Source: Deltaproteobacteria bacterium (GTDB taxonomy: Bacteria; Desulfobacterota; Dissulfuribacteria; Dissulfuribacterales; QOAL01). Taken from it: 64,000 nucleotides of DNA. Shown here in pieces: positions 30,320-39,921 of the stretch; the stretch's first letter is position 1; the number at the start of each line of letters is the position of its first letter. The position numbers and the translations under genes were made by a program. The stretch is taken from positions 11,375 through 75,374 of the forward strand of contig WGDC01000052.1 of assembly GCA_015493475.1 (NCBI GenBank), in the 5' to 3' direction. Under the pieces are notes generated by a model that saw only the letters and a list, made by a program, of their open reading frames with translations, was not told the origin of the DNA and ran no database searches.

Positions 30320-31807
30320 TCAGCCCTCTGAACCCTCACCTGTGCCGGCTTCTTGCTCATAGACTTCGGATGCCGACCCATGCGGGCTATCTTCTTCCTG
30401 ATTCAGGGCTTCCTCGGCATCAGCAACCGCCCACTCTTTCTGACTTGGCTTTTCCTGTCCTGAGTCGCCTTCTATGGCACCACCTTTGACAGACTCCGCA
30501 CCTGCTGCTGCCGGTTCCGTCTCCGGCTCCTCACCTTCTTCTACAGAGGATTCAATGAAGGCGTACTCCTGGCCCTGCTCTTCGAGAAACTTCTGCGCCG
30601 CCTCCACAAAAGGTATGGCATCCTTCCTAAGCTCGTCCGGATCCGCCTGTGCAAGTGCGCCAATTGAGCGAATACCCTTTTTAAAGAGGTGGTCAGCAAT
30701 GCTCTCGCTCATGCCAAGATACTCTATCATGGCCTGATAATTGGGATCCTGGCTATTCTCGAAGCGGGTTTCGCTCTTAACGTCTATCTTCCAGCCCATC
30801 AGTTTTGCGGCAAGACGCACGTTCTGCCCCTGGCGGCCAATGGCAAGGGATAACTGGTCATCTGGAACAATAACCTCAAGGGCCTCGCTGGCCTCATCCA
30901 CGGTAACCTGGGTAACCTCCGCAGGCGCCAGGGCATTGTACACATACTTCGCTGGATCAGGGCTCCAGGGCACTATGTCTATCTTCTCGCCCCTCAGTTC
31001 CTGCACTATGGTCTGTACACGGGAACCCCTCATTCCAACGCATGCGCCAACCGGGTCTACGTCTATGTCACTAGAGCTTACGGCAATCTTTGTACGGCTG
31101 CCCGGCTCCCTAGCAACTCCCATGATCCGCACTATGCCGTCTGCTATCTCGGGAACCTCTATTTCAAAAAGCTTCCTGATAAATTCAGGATGGGTGCGGG
31201 AAAGTATTATCTGTGTTTCCCTCTGGGTCTTCTTCACCTCCACAATGTATGCCCTGAGCCTGTCGCCCCTCCTGTAGCTCTCCGTTGGGATTTGCTCTGA
31301 AGGGGGCAAGAGGGCCTCTGTGCCCCCGAGGTTTATTATGACGTTTCCCCTCTCAAACCTCTGGACTATGCCATTGACTACCTCGGCTTCCCTGTCCTTG
31401 AACTCTTCGTATATAACGTCCATCTCGGCACTCTTCATCTTCTGTATGATGATCTGCCTCGCAGACTGCGCCTCTATTCTGCCGAGCTTTTCCATATCGA
31501 GAACCGTGCCAATGCTGTCTCCAATCTCACTTTCAGGATCGAGCTTCTTTGCCTCCTCAAGGGATATATCCGTCACCGGATCCTTCACTTCTGGCACCAC
31601 TGTCCTGAACTGGTAGACCTCAAGTTCCCCAGTATTATCGTTATAGCTAACCTCTATATCCATCTTGGCCCCAAAACGCTTCTTGACCGCCGTGGTAATA
31701 GCCTCCTCGAGTGCGGATATCAAGACGCTGCGCTCAAGCCCCTTTTCTCTACTTACCTGATCTATAATTCTCTTCAGTCCTAAATCCATATTCTCCATCC
31801 TTTTCAT
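30320..31807 (-). CDS. nusA: Transcription termination/antitermination factor NusA
   Basis: N-terminal, S1 and two KH domains plus acidic C-terminal extension. Confidence 0.97.
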   Translation of the reverse strand: MKRMENMDLGLKRIIDQVSREKGLERSVLISALEEAITTAVKKRFGAKMDIEVSYNDNTGELEVYQFRTVVPEVKDPVTDISLEEAKKLDPESEIGDSIGTVLDMEKLGRIEAQSARQIIIQKMKSAEMDVIYEEFKDREAEVVNGIVQRFERGNVIINLGGTEALLPPSEQIPTESYRRGDRLRAYIVEVKKTQRETQIILSRTHPEFIRKLFEIEVPEIADGIVRIMGVAREPGSRTKIAVSSSDIDVDPVGACVGMRGSRVQTIVQELRGEKIDIVPWSPDPAKYVYNALAPAEVTQVTVDEASEALEVIVPDDQLSLAIGRQGQNVRLAAKLMGWKIDVKSETRFENSQDPNYQAMIEYLGMSESIADHLFKKGIRSIGALAQADPDELRKDAIPFVEAAQKFLEEQGQEYAFIESSVEEGEEPETEPAAAGAESVKGGAIEGDSGQEKPSQKEWAVADAEEALNQEEDSPHGSASEVYEQEAGTGEGSEG

Positions 31808-32280
31808 TAAAGAATGTCCAGTCTCGCCTTTTTAATAAGCCCGATAGGCAGATAAAACTCACGGCCGGAGGCATCAATGACGATCTGGTCCCCATCGGAC
31901 ACGCCCCTTAGCACCCCCTTGAACTTTCTACGCCCCTCAACGGGCTCCTTGGTCCTGACAAACACCTTCTTGCCGGAAAATCTTTCGTAATCCTCTATTT
32001 TAATCAAGGGCCTGTTTATGCCAGGAGAAGACACCTCAAGATTATAACTGCCGGGAACAGGGTCATGCACGTCAAGCAGGTCGCTCACTACCCTGCTGAG
32101 CCTGCTGCAGTCGTCAAGACTCACCCCACCCTCCTTGTCTATAACAAGACGCAAGACTTTTCCCCTGGGCCCCTTGACAAATTCCACAAGCAATAATTCC
32201 AGTCCGCTGTAATCCGTCAGCGGTTTTACCAGCTCTCCAACCTTCCGTTCTATATCCTTTTTAAGCTCTTCAAATCTCAT
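31807..32280 (-). CDS. rimP: Ribosome maturation factor RimP
   Basis: LVEFVKGPRGKVLRLVIDKEGGVSLDDCSRLSR. Start placed at Met 32280; the track start would run into the tRNA. Confidence 0.85.
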   Translation of the reverse strand: MRFEELKKDIERKVGELVKPLTDYSGLELLLVEFVKGPRGKVLRLVIDKEGGVSLDDCSRLSRVVSDLLDVHDPVPGSYNLEVSSPGINRPLIKIEDYERFSGKKVFVRTKEPVEGRRKFKGVLRGVSDGDQIVIDASGREFYLPIGLIKKARLDIL

Positions 32281-32426
32281 GATTAGACCCTGTCTCATAC
32301 AAAAAAAGTGGGCAGAGCCCACTTCTTCACGAGACAAAGATATAAATGATTTTATACCTCCACTCATCGAAGTAAGCACTGCCATGCTGCACAAGCAGCA
32401 CGTGGCAGCCAAACCTCAAAAAGGGA

Positions 32427-32502
32427 TGGAGCGGGCGACGGGCCTCGAACCCGCGACCCCAAGCTTGGGAAGCTTGTACTCTACCAACTGAGCTACGCCC
32501 GC
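32427..32502 (-). tRNA. tRNA-Gly (anticodon CCC), CCA encoded
   Basis: Reverse complement reads GCGGGCGTAGCTCAGTTGGTAGAGTACAAGCTTCCCAAGCTTGGGGTCGCGGGTTCGAGGCCCGTCGCCCGCTCCA. Confidence 0.9.
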
Positions 32503-32552
32503 TTCAACTCTGCCAGTAATACACCGGGAAAACCGAGTATCAGACGCAAAAT

Positions 32553-32580
32553 AGTATAGGACTTGTGCATGAAATGTCAA
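32553..32580 (-). promoter_or_regulatory. Sigma70-type promoter for tRNA-Gly/rimP-nusA-infB
   Basis: Minus strand reads TTGACA-N16-TATACT; the -10 element lies ~50 nt upstream of the tRNA 5' end. Confidence 0.55.
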
Positions 32581-32628
32581 GAATTGGCGTAAAAAGATGG
32601 GACACCACAAACAGGACCGGGAAACAGG

Positions 32629-33213
32629 CTACTGGTCCTCGTTCTTTCCGTAAAGGCGAGCACTTATCCGCGCGGCCTTTTCAGGTGACATATTGGCCAG
32701 AATCTTTGCCACCTTCTTGCTTTTCATTATGGCAAAAAGTCTGGTTACAGTGTCTTCGTCAAGCTTTTCAAGCAGTACCGCCGCCCTTACCGGGTCCATG
32801 GAGCTGTATACTCCCGCAAGGTGCTGGAGCCTTGCCCCTTCCTTGAGACGCTGCTTCTTAACCGGACCTTCAAGCTTACGCTGAAGGTCCTTCAACTGTT
32901 TTACCTTCTCCTCTATATCCTTTTTGAGAAGTTGGAGATCCTGTTCCCTCTGATCAAGCCTTGCCTCCCTCTGATCCAACCTTGCCATCTTGAGACGGAG
33001 CAATCTCAAGAGCTCCGGGTGGCACTCTTTATCATCTCCGCTGTCCTGGCCACTGAAAGGCGTAGTGGAATTTGCCGGGGCGGCGGTGGCAAGCCCCTCA
33101 ATAAGGCCTGTAGGACGTAAATTTAGTACAACGGCCACAGACACAGCGAACTTGACAACAAGCACCGCTGCCAGGACCCTCATCCATATCCTGCCATAGT
33201 TCCTATCCATCAC
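32629..33213 (-). CDS. MgtE_N-domain flagellar operon protein (YlxF/MotE-like)
   Basis: N-terminal TM, coiled coil, then AAVLLEKLDEDTVTRLFAIMKSKKVAKILANMSPEKAARI. Sits after fliJ, as ylxF does in Bacillus-type operons. Confidence 0.55.
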   Translation of the reverse strand: MMDRNYGRIWMRVLAAVLVVKFAVSVAVVLNLRPTGLIEGLATAAPANSTTPFSGQDSGDDKECHPELLRLLRLKMARLDQREARLDQREQDLQLLKKDIEEKVKQLKDLQRKLEGPVKKQRLKEGARLQHLAGVYSSMDPVRAAVLLEKLDEDTVTRLFAIMKSKKVAKILANMSPEKAARISARLYGKNEDQ

Positions 33214-33665
33214 CGATTTCTTATCCTGAGCCGCTTTGCACGTCCGAGTGAAACCAGGTCATCAAGTTCTTTCTGAAGCCTTGCATCCACTTCCTTCAGG
33301 TAGTGCTTCAGATCCCGCTCCCTCAAGCTTGACACCAGCTCCTTGTCTACATGCCTTTGACGAAGCTGGCCCCTTGCCTCGGCAACATCGACCTTTGCCT
33401 GTTTCAACCTCCTGTCGAGCTCTTTGCACTTTTGCTCCATCTGGGATATGAGCTGACACCTCAAGTTGAATTCGGTTGACATTATCCCCTCCTCCATTTT
33501 TCCCCTGAGCATCATTTCTTCCCCTTTAAGGATATTCTTGTTTTTCTCAAGCTCTTTCTCTATGGCCCTTTGCATAGATAGAGCTGCAGAAAACTCCATC
33601 TCTGCAACCTCTTCCAAGCGTTTCCTTACCCTCAAGAGGGTATCCAGCCTGAACCTGAATTTCAT
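33210..33665 (-). CDS. fliJ: Flagellar export chaperone FliJ
   Basis: ~150-aa coiled coil, MKFRFRLDTLLRVRKRLEE start, position after fliI. Confidence 0.7.
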   Translation of the reverse strand: MKFRFRLDTLLRVRKRLEEVAEMEFSAALSMQRAIEKELEKNKNILKGEEMMLRGKMEEGIMSTEFNLRCQLISQMEQKCKELDRRLKQAKVDVAEARGQLRQRHVDKELVSSLRERDLKHYLKEVDARLQKELDDLVSLGRAKRLRIRNR

Positions 33666-33673
33666 CCGTCATC

Positions 33674-35011
33674 CTATTGAAATAGCCCGATAAGCCTTGA
33701 AATAGAATCTTCGAGGCTCGAACGCTCATCAACGGCCTGGCGCAAAAAGGCCCTTACCTCTTCTATCTTCCCCAGAGCGAAATCTATATCCGGATTGGTT
33801 CCACGGGTATAGGCCCCTAGATTCACAAGGTCCTCCGCCCTGCTGTAAATGGAAAGGACTCTCACGAGCTGCTGGTATGAAGCCACCTGTCCAGGGACGG
33901 CTATATCCCTCATAATCCTGCTTATGCTCTGGAGTATGTCTATTGCCGGATAATGACCCTGGTGGGCTAGGTCCCTGCTCAATACCACGTGTCCGTCCAC
34001 TATGGACCTGACAGAGTCGGCAATGGGCTCGTTCATGTCGTCTCCTTCCACGAGCACCGTGTAGATGCCCGTTATGGATCCCCTGTTGCCCTTTCTGCCT
34101 GCACGCTCGAGAAGCTTGGGCAGCTCTGCAAACACAGATGGCGTGTAGCCCCTCGAAGTGGGGGGCTCGCCAATGGAAAGGCCAACCTCCCTGTGCGCCA
34201 TTGCGAACCTTGTTACAGAATCCATCATCAGGATCACATCCTTGCCCTGGTCCCTGAAATATTCAGACAGGGCAGTCGCAAGGTAGGCCCCCCTGAGCCG
34301 TATCAGGGGAGGCTGATCGGAAGTCGCTACCACGACCACGGACCTCTCGAGCCCCTCGGGCCCGAGGTCCCTCTCGATAAAATCCCTTAGCTCCCTTCCC
34401 CTTTCTCCAATGAGCCCGATGACGCTTACGTCCGCCGCAGTGTGCCTTGCTATCATTCCGAGAAGGGTACTTTTGCCCACACCGGAACCCGCCATTATGG
34501 CGATTCTCTGGCCCTTTCCTAGAGTCAGGCAGGCGTTGATGGCCCTGACCCCCACATCCACCGGCGTGTCTATGCGGGGCCTGTCCATGGGATTTAGCGG
34601 GTCCGCATAGAGGGGATAATGGTCATCAAAGGAAAGAGGCCCTTTTTCATCTATGGACCTTCCCTTAGCGTCGAGCACCCTACCCAGCAAGGCCTGGCCG
34701 ACCCCTGCACTCGCCTGGTCCTGGCTGACCCATATCTTGCTTCCAGGCTCTATGCCCCTCATATCACCAAGGGGCATAAGGAGTACCCTGTTGTTCCTGA
34801 AACCCACCACCTCAGCAGAAATGGTGCTGCCCGACTTTACCTCAACGGAACATATACCTCCGATGGGTACACCTGGGCCCTGGCCCTCTATAACCATGCC
34901 CACAACCTCTTTCACTATTCCGCATGCCCTGATGGGCCGCGAATCCTTAATGGTGTCAGAATATACGCCGAGATCTATACCCATTGAATCCGGCAGATTC
35001 CATCCATCCAT
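33674..35011 (-). CDS. fliI: Flagellum-specific ATPase
   Basis: Walker A MAGSGVGKSTLLGM and F1-beta-like core. Confidence 0.95.
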   Translation of the reverse strand: MDGWNLPDSMGIDLGVYSDTIKDSRPIRACGIVKEVVGMVIEGQGPGVPIGGICSVEVKSGSTISAEVVGFRNNRVLLMPLGDMRGIEPGSKIWVSQDQASAGVGQALLGRVLDAKGRSIDEKGPLSFDDHYPLYADPLNPMDRPRIDTPVDVGVRAINACLTLGKGQRIAIMAGSGVGKSTLLGMIARHTAADVSVIGLIGERGRELRDFIERDLGPEGLERSVVVVATSDQPPLIRLRGAYLATALSEYFRDQGKDVILMMDSVTRFAMAHREVGLSIGEPPTSRGYTPSVFAELPKLLERAGRKGNRGSITGIYTVLVEGDDMNEPIADSVRSIVDGHVVLSRDLAHQGHYPAIDILQSISRIMRDIAVPGQVASYQQLVRVLSIYSRAEDLVNLGAYTRGTNPDIDFALGKIEEVRAFLRQAVDERSSLEDSISRLIGLFQ

Positions 35012-35889
35012 CAGGCCTTACCTTCCTTCTCCATGCCGGTCCCGTTGATTTTTCTCAACTCTCTTTGCAGTTCCACTCCCGTCCTTTCGAAAAGCTGCCC
35101 TTCTATTTCATCGAGGAGACACTGCCAACGGGACTCTATGGATGCATCCACAAGACCGAAATCCGTCTCTATCATGCAGCCCCCTCTATTCACCTTGGCA
35201 TCCGGCTTCAGCTCGACCTTGTTACCACCCGGAGTAGAAAGCCTTGACAGAAAATCCTCGCAGAGATTCTCGAAGTCCCTCGGATTCATGTGCACGGTTA
35301 TGGAACTGCCCTCAATGGTCCGGTCCATGGCCCTGACAAGGACCCGCGCAATCAGATCCTGATCCTCCGTGATCTCTTTCTCGATTATCTTCCTTGCAAC
35401 GATAAGGCAAACCTGGAGCATCTGGGCCTCGTAGGAGGATGAAAGCCCGGCTGTCTGCTCCTTGAAATTTTCAAGAAACTTTTCGAGGTGCTGAAGCCCC
35501 ACCTCGAACTGCCTTCTGCCAAGTTCCTCCCCATCCTTGGTTCCCTGTTCGTAACCGAGATTGTAGGCCTGGCTCTCTATCTGTTCCGCATTTTTCCTCG
35601 CTGCTGCAATTAATTTCTCTGCTTCTTGCCTGATCTCTGCAGCCCTCTTTTCGGCGCCTGAAACGATCCGTTCCGCATTTTCCATAGCATCCCCGAGGAC
35701 ACCGGCGGCCTGCTCCGCAGCCCCATCCTCCTGACCCTGGCACCCGCCATGGACTCCCTTCCCCTCGGGCACAAGCCCTGCCAGACTATTGAAATTCTCT
35801 CCCGTGGCGGCTCCATCCTTTTCCGAATGTCCGCTGTGAGGAGAAAACACCGCAAAGGAACACCTTCCTTGCTTTATCACCCTTGCCAT
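35011..35889 (-). CDS. fliH: Flagellar assembly protein FliH
   Basis: AxxxA-rich helical centre, C-terminal GGCMIETDFGLVDASIESR, position between fliG and fliI. Confidence 0.7.
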   Translation of the reverse strand: MARVIKQGRCSFAVFSPHSGHSEKDGAATGENFNSLAGLVPEGKGVHGGCQGQEDGAAEQAAGVLGDAMENAERIVSGAEKRAAEIRQEAEKLIAAARKNAEQIESQAYNLGYEQGTKDGEELGRRQFEVGLQHLEKFLENFKEQTAGLSSSYEAQMLQVCLIVARKIIEKEITEDQDLIARVLVRAMDRTIEGSSITVHMNPRDFENLCEDFLSRLSTPGGNKVELKPDAKVNRGGCMIETDFGLVDASIESRWQCLLDEIEGQLFERTGVELQRELRKINGTGMEKEGKA

Positions 35890-35892
35890 AGG

Positions 35893-36933
35893 CTAAACCA
35901 GAACCTCATCGCCGCCCTTTCCGCCAAGCACTATCTTGCCCTCACTCTCAAGGCGCTTGGCCACGCGGATAATTGCCTGCTGCGCCTGCTCCACGTCCTT
36001 CAATCGCACCGGCCCCATGACCTCAAGATCTTCCTTGAGCATCTGACCCGCCCGCTCGGACATATTGTTGAAAAACTTCGCCCTCAGGTCCTCGGATGCC
36101 GCCTTCAGGGCAAGCTTCAGCTCATCCGTGCTAATCTCCTTGAGTATTGCAACAATGGCGCTGTCATCCACCTGCAAGAGATCCTCGAACTTGAACATGA
36201 GTTTCTTTATCTCTTCCGCAAGATCCTGGGAGGTATCCTCTATCTGCTCAAGCAGGGAATCTTCCAGAGTTCTTTCAAGATTGTTCAGTATCTCTGCGAC
36301 CTTTTCCGCGCCGCCTACCTTAGTGGCATCACTCATCTCCACGGAGAAGAGCTCCTCTTCAAGCACCCTGTCTATCTCCGCCACGATCTCCGGGCTTATC
36401 TTCTCAAGATTTGCTATTCTCAACATAACGTCTGACTGGAGCTTGTCGTTGAGTTCCGAGAGTATTTCAGCGGCAAGGTCCGGTTCAAGATGCGCAAGTA
36501 TCACTGCAATGGTCTGGGGATGCTCGTTGGACAGGAAATTCACTATCACCTTGGGCTCGAGGCTCGAAAGCTTCTGAAAGGTAGATGGATGAAGCTGGCG
36601 CATTATATCTTCATAGATCTGCCTTGCCTGCTCCTCGGGCATGGAGGAAAAGAGCACCTTTTTCAAGAAATCCTCCACCGGTACGGACACCTCTCCCTGC
36701 ACCATTGACATCTTAGTCTTGACCTCATCAAGCACAAGCTGTATGGCCTCGCCAGGTATGTTTTGTATCTGGGCCATCAGGGACGAGACCTTGCGCACCT
36801 CGTTCTCCTTGAGATACTTGAACACCTCGGCGGTGAAGGCCTCACCCATCGCAAGCAAAAAGATGGCCGCCTTCAGGGGACCGTCCGGGTTAGACAAATC
36901 CATCCCTCCGGGCAGTGCAACCTCCTTACTCAC
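35893..36933 (-). CDS. fliG: Flagellar motor switch protein FliG
   Basis: Full-length FliG pattern (AAIFLLAMGEAFTAEVFKYL, MFKFEDL, torque helix region). Confidence 0.95.
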   Translation of the reverse strand: MSKEVALPGGMDLSNPDGPLKAAIFLLAMGEAFTAEVFKYLKENEVRKVSSLMAQIQNIPGEAIQLVLDEVKTKMSMVQGEVSVPVEDFLKKVLFSSMPEEQARQIYEDIMRQLHPSTFQKLSSLEPKVIVNFLSNEHPQTIAVILAHLEPDLAAEILSELNDKLQSDVMLRIANLEKISPEIVAEIDRVLEEELFSVEMSDATKVGGAEKVAEILNNLERTLEDSLLEQIEDTSQDLAEEIKKLMFKFEDLLQVDDSAIVAILKEISTDELKLALKAASEDLRAKFFNNMSERAGQMLKEDLEVMGPVRLKDVEQAQQAIIRVAKRLESEGKIVLGGKGGDEVLV

Positions 36934-38521
36934 CTTCCTTCTCCTTCCTCTTTTCTCTCAGCCATATCTTGATAAGGGCAGCAGCACGCTCCGGATATTC
37001 GTTAGCGAGATCTCTCAGTTCCCCCTTTACGTCCGGAATGGGTTCAAAGGGAGGAACCATTGCCGCCTCGCCTCCTGCCACCTCGCCCTCGAGGGCCGCT
37101 GCCTCCTCTGCCGGAGGCGCTTCAGGAGGCTGCAGGACGAAACGGTTAAGGAGCGGCCTCAAAATTGCGAAGATGAAAATGAGCGCAAGAACCAGGTTTG
37201 CAAGGGGCCTTATGAGTTTTGTGAAAATGTCTACCGCCTTTGCTACAAGGCCCTTTTTGGTGGTTTCCGGGGAAAAAGCAACGTTGACAACGCTCACGTC
37301 GTCTCCCCTATCCTCGCTGTAACCCATGGCGGCCATGACTATCTGCTTGAGGTTTGCAAGCTCCTCTGGGCTTCTTGGCTTATACACCGTCTTGCCCTTT
37401 TCCTGGATATATTTGCCGTCAACCATAACTGCCACGGAAAGACGCTTCAGGCTCCCTATGGAGCCGAGTATCTCTCTCTGTATCCTTGTAATCTCGTAAT
37501 TGGATATATCCTTCTTCTTCCTTTTCAGGAAATTCTCCCCCTGATTGTTGATGTTACCTTGGAGCTTGCTTGCGAGGCCTCCCTTTACCCCGGGAATACC
37601 GCCCTGCTGTGAAGGTTTTTCTATCTCCTCGAGCTTTTCCTCACTCCTAACGGCAACAGAGTCAGGATCGTACTTGTCCTCGCTGGTCTTGACCTGATTA
37701 AAATCCACGTCCGCACTCACCCTTACTACCGCCTTCTTCGGACCAAGAGCAGCCTCGAGCATGGTCTGTATCTTGTGTTTGAAGTATTCCTCAAGACGCC
37801 TTCTGTAGGTGAACTGCAAATTGGCCTTGGCCTTTAGAGGGTCCTTGGTTTGCATCTTGGCGTCGTAAAACACGTTTCCGCTGGTATCCACCACGGTGAC
37901 ATTGTCCTTTGTGAGCCTCGGAACAGCACTCGCCACAAGATGCACTATGCCGAGAACCTGTCTGTGGGACAACTCCTGGCCCCTCTTTAGCTCCAAGACC
38001 ACCGAGGCGCTCGGCTCCTGTCTCTGGCCCACGAAAAGGCTTTCCTTGGGCTCGGCAATATGAACGCGTACTGTCTTTACCTCGGGAAATCTTGAGATTG
38101 TCTTTTCGAGCTCGCCCTGTAGCGCCCTCTGATAGTTGACCTGCTGTACGAAATCGGTAGTGCCGAGACTTGACTTGTCGAAAATCTCGAACCCTACACC
38201 GCTTCCCCTCGGAAGACCCTGGCTCGCAAGTGCAAGCCGTACGTCGTACACCTTGTCTTCGGGCACCTTTATGGCACTGCCCCCCTGGACCACCTTATAA
38301 GAAATGCCCTTCTTTTTGAGCCACTGGACTATCTCACCGGCATCCTTCTGGTCCAGATCCGTATAGAGGACCTTGTAACTAGGGGTGTTAATCAACAGGA
38401 AAAGGGCGGCAAAACCTGCAAGCGCAGCCACGACAACCACGGCCGTAATCGCCTTCTGCCTTACGCTAAGGTCTTGATATAGTCTTTTAAGCTGTGAAAC
38501 ATAGTCCGAAGGGCCGGCCAT
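36926..38521 (-). CDS. fliF: Flagellar M-ring protein FliF
   Basis: N- and C-terminal TM segments and YscJ/FliF core. Confidence 0.95.
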   Translation of the reverse strand: MAGPSDYVSQLKRLYQDLSVRQKAITAVVVVAALAGFAALFLLINTPSYKVLYTDLDQKDAGEIVQWLKKKGISYKVVQGGSAIKVPEDKVYDVRLALASQGLPRGSGVGFEIFDKSSLGTTDFVQQVNYQRALQGELEKTISRFPEVKTVRVHIAEPKESLFVGQRQEPSASVVLELKRGQELSHRQVLGIVHLVASAVPRLTKDNVTVVDTSGNVFYDAKMQTKDPLKAKANLQFTYRRRLEEYFKHKIQTMLEAALGPKKAVVRVSADVDFNQVKTSEDKYDPDSVAVRSEEKLEEIEKPSQQGGIPGVKGGLASKLQGNINNQGENFLKRKKKDISNYEITRIQREILGSIGSLKRLSVAVMVDGKYIQEKGKTVYKPRSPEELANLKQIVMAAMGYSEDRGDDVSVVNVAFSPETTKKGLVAKAVDIFTKLIRPLANLVLALIFIFAILRPLLNRFVLQPPEAPPAEEAAALEGEVAGGEAAMVPPFEPIPDVKGELRDLANEYPERAAALIKIWLREKRKEKEGE

Positions 38522-38558
38522 ACTTGTTTATCTCCTTGAATTCAGCTTAATTCCCTTA

Positions 38559-38873
38559 TCAGAACTGAAGCCTCATTATCTCCTCGTAGGCGCTCAGGGC
38601 CTTGTTCCTCATTTGCACGAACATCCTGAAGGATATATCCGCCTTTGTTATGGAAAGCATCACCTCCGGAATATCAAGCTCCTTGCCTGCCGCAAGACGT
38701 GCCGACAGGCTATCCGCCCTGATCATCTCACCATTGAGCTTCTCCATCCCCTCTTCCACCATCCGGGAAAAACTCTTACTGCCGGAAACGCTTTCCTGGC
38801 GGTTCTTGGTTGCCTTGTTAACGACTACCTGCCCAAGGTCACTCCCTATGCCATCTACCTGAGACACTTGCAC
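38559..38873 (-). CDS. fliE: Flagellar hook-basal body complex protein FliE
   Basis: C-terminal VQMRNKALSAYEEIMRLQF. The real start may be GTG at 38867, 5 nt after GGGAGG. Confidence 0.85.
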   Translation of the reverse strand: MQVSQVDGIGSDLGQVVVNKATKNRQESVSGSKSFSRMVEEGMEKLNGEMIRADSLSARLAAGKELDIPEVMLSITKADISFRMFVQMRNKALSAYEEIMRLQF

Positions 38874-39024
38874 CTCCCAACTTGCAAAACCATGAAAAGA
38901 CTACCTCTTTCATAAAACAGATGCGCTCCCGTTACGACAAAACAATCATATCTATAAGGAATACTTCGAGTGTTTCTGCATTTTTGGCATTGTTCCTGAA
39001 AAAGACAGTTGATTTTCAAAGGGA

Positions 39025-39480
39025 TCACCTGATGATGTCTATAGCCTTTATTGCCATGTTCTTGGCGGAATCCATGGCAGATATGTTGGCCTCGTAGGCC
39101 CTCTCGGCACTCATGATATCCACCATCTCTTCCATGACATTCACGTTGGGCATTTTTACCATGCCATTCTTGTCTGCATCCGGGTGACCCGGGTCATACA
39201 CCTCCATGAAGGGAGTCTTGTCATCCACAATCTTGGCCACCTCCACGGTATCAAGGGCCTTGTCAAGGCGCTCATCAAACCCACCGGTATCCGCATCACC
39301 CTTTACCCCTCCCTCTTTCAAGGGAACGGAGTGGAAAACCACCGACTTGGCCCTGTAAGGGCCTCCGTCAATTGTCCTTGTCACATGGGCGTTTGCAAGA
39401 TTCATGGAGGCGACATTGAGCCTCGTGCGCTCCGCCCTCAGACCTGTCGCACTAATGGAAAAGGAACTAAAAAGATTCAT
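39025..39480 (-). CDS. flgC: Flagellar basal-body rod protein FlgC
   Basis: SISATGLRAERTRLNVASMNLANA and C-terminal YEANISAM. Confidence 0.93.
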   Translation of the reverse strand: MNLFSSFSISATGLRAERTRLNVASMNLANAHVTRTIDGGPYRAKSVVFHSVPLKEGGVKGDADTGGFDERLDKALDTVEVAKIVDDKTPFMEVYDPGHPDADKNGMVKMPNVNVMEEMVDIMSAERAYEANISAMDSAKNMAIKAIDIIR

Positions 39481-39914
39481 GGCTTGCCTCCTTCTGTTAT
39501 GGCGGTCCTGAGCCTCTCGAGTTTCTTGATGAGCATCTGGGTTGTCAGCTGGTACTCTATGTTATTCTTTGAGAGCATTGCCATCTCTTCATCGATGTCC
39601 TCGTTGTTGGGGACACCCCTTTCAGAAGACACTTCTACAACAGGCTCCACAGACCCTGGAGCACCTGTCATGTGGCGGCTATCCGTGACCCGGAGGCCGA
39701 TGTCCCCTTCGGTAAACTCCCGGGCCCTTGAAGCCTCCGGTATCTTTTCCTTTTTCAGGTAAGAATCCATGACCTGTGCAAAGTTGATGTCCTTTGCCTT
39801 GTAACCAGGCGTATCGATGTTCGCAATATTTGAGGATATGACCGCATTTCTCTTTGCCCTGAGGCTCAGGGCCTTTCCCATGATATCTATTGCAGGTCCA
39901 AATATGCCTTTCAT
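39477..39914 (-). CDS. flgB: Flagellar basal-body rod protein FlgB
   Basis: LSLRAKRNAVISSNIANIDTPGYK. Start placed at Met 39914. Confidence 0.9.
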   Translation of the reverse strand: MKGIFGPAIDIMGKALSLRAKRNAVISSNIANIDTPGYKAKDINFAQVMDSYLKKEKIPEASRAREFTEGDIGLRVTDSRHMTGAPGSVEPVVEVSSERGVPNNEDIDEEMAMLSKNNIEYQLTTQMLIKKLERLRTAITEGGKP

Positions 39915-39921
39915 CGCATCC

